From assembly GCA_037444445.1 (NCBI GenBank), contig JBBIMK010000036.1:1-14764 (forward strand): DNA of 14,764 nt. Direction: 5' to 3'. Positions 14,727 through 14,764 of this stretch are shown piece by piece. Made by a program: the position numbers and the translations under genes. The notes beneath the pieces were generated by a model. That model saw only the letters and a list, made by a program, of their open reading frames with translations, made no database searches and was not told where the DNA came from. The number at the start of each line of letters is the position of its first letter. Positions within the stretch are counted from its first letter, which is position 1. The DNA comes from a bacterium (GTDB taxonomy: Bacteria > UBP7 > UBA6624 > JBBIMK01).

Positions 14727-14740
14727 GAAAAACAATGTAG

Positions 14741-14761
14741 GGGAGGAGCTCGCCTCCTCCC
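14741..14761 (+). other. GC-rich hairpin at the window edge
   Basis: GGGAGGAG (14741-14748) pairs with CTCCTCCC (14754-14761) across a 5-nt loop. The downstream sequence is cut off, so terminator status cannot be judged. Confidence 0.3.
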
Positions 14762-14764
14762 GTG

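Noticed and set aside
14336-14735. ORFs 14336..14674 (+), 14397..14603 (+) and 14379..14735 (-)
   Set aside because: They have implausible compositions (C/R/H/F-rich), no SD and mutually overlapping frames. They run straight through hairpins and the AC repeat, so they are most likely spurious translations of structured non-coding DNA.

Overview
Bacterial chromosomal window using the standard code: TGA, TAG and TAA all end conserved genes where homology predicts. Genes use GGAGG-type Shine-Dalgarno sites and many overlap by 4 nt (ATGA/GTGA). The left ~1.8 kb is a visibly AT-richer accessory islet. It holds an unassignable ORF entering from the edge, a doubtful small ORF with a C8 tract, and a minus-strand toxin-antitoxin-like cassette. 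That cassette pairs a small DUF6922-like protein with an AbiEii/DUF1814 nucleotidyltransferase whose gene carries two adjacent in-frame stops. Core genes follow. On the minus strand are dprA and a tandem-GNAT acyltransferase. On the plus strand is an ABC operon with a duplicated permease, a NitT/TauT-type ATPase and a stand-alone AAA-associated-domain protein, but no binding protein. Next come yvcK (with an N-terminal 2-TM extension), gap, pgk, tpiA and a SEDS protein (RodA/FtsW), then a signal-peptide beta-barrel-like protein of unknown family. The last gene is an XerC/D-type recombinase whose conserved N-terminus is encoded upstream of any canonical start codon, with ATA at 13416 as the likely start. 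The final ~430 nt is non-coding and structured: a near-consensus sigma70 promoter, an (AC)7 repeat, a 14-bp long-range inverted repeat and several GC hairpins. I recognised no rRNA, tRNA, CRISPR array or transposase. I do not see a complete, clearly novel multi-gene system. The best follow-up targets are the islet cassette, the ATA-start Xer gene, the binding-protein-less ABC trio, the unknown barrel protein and the 3' structured region.
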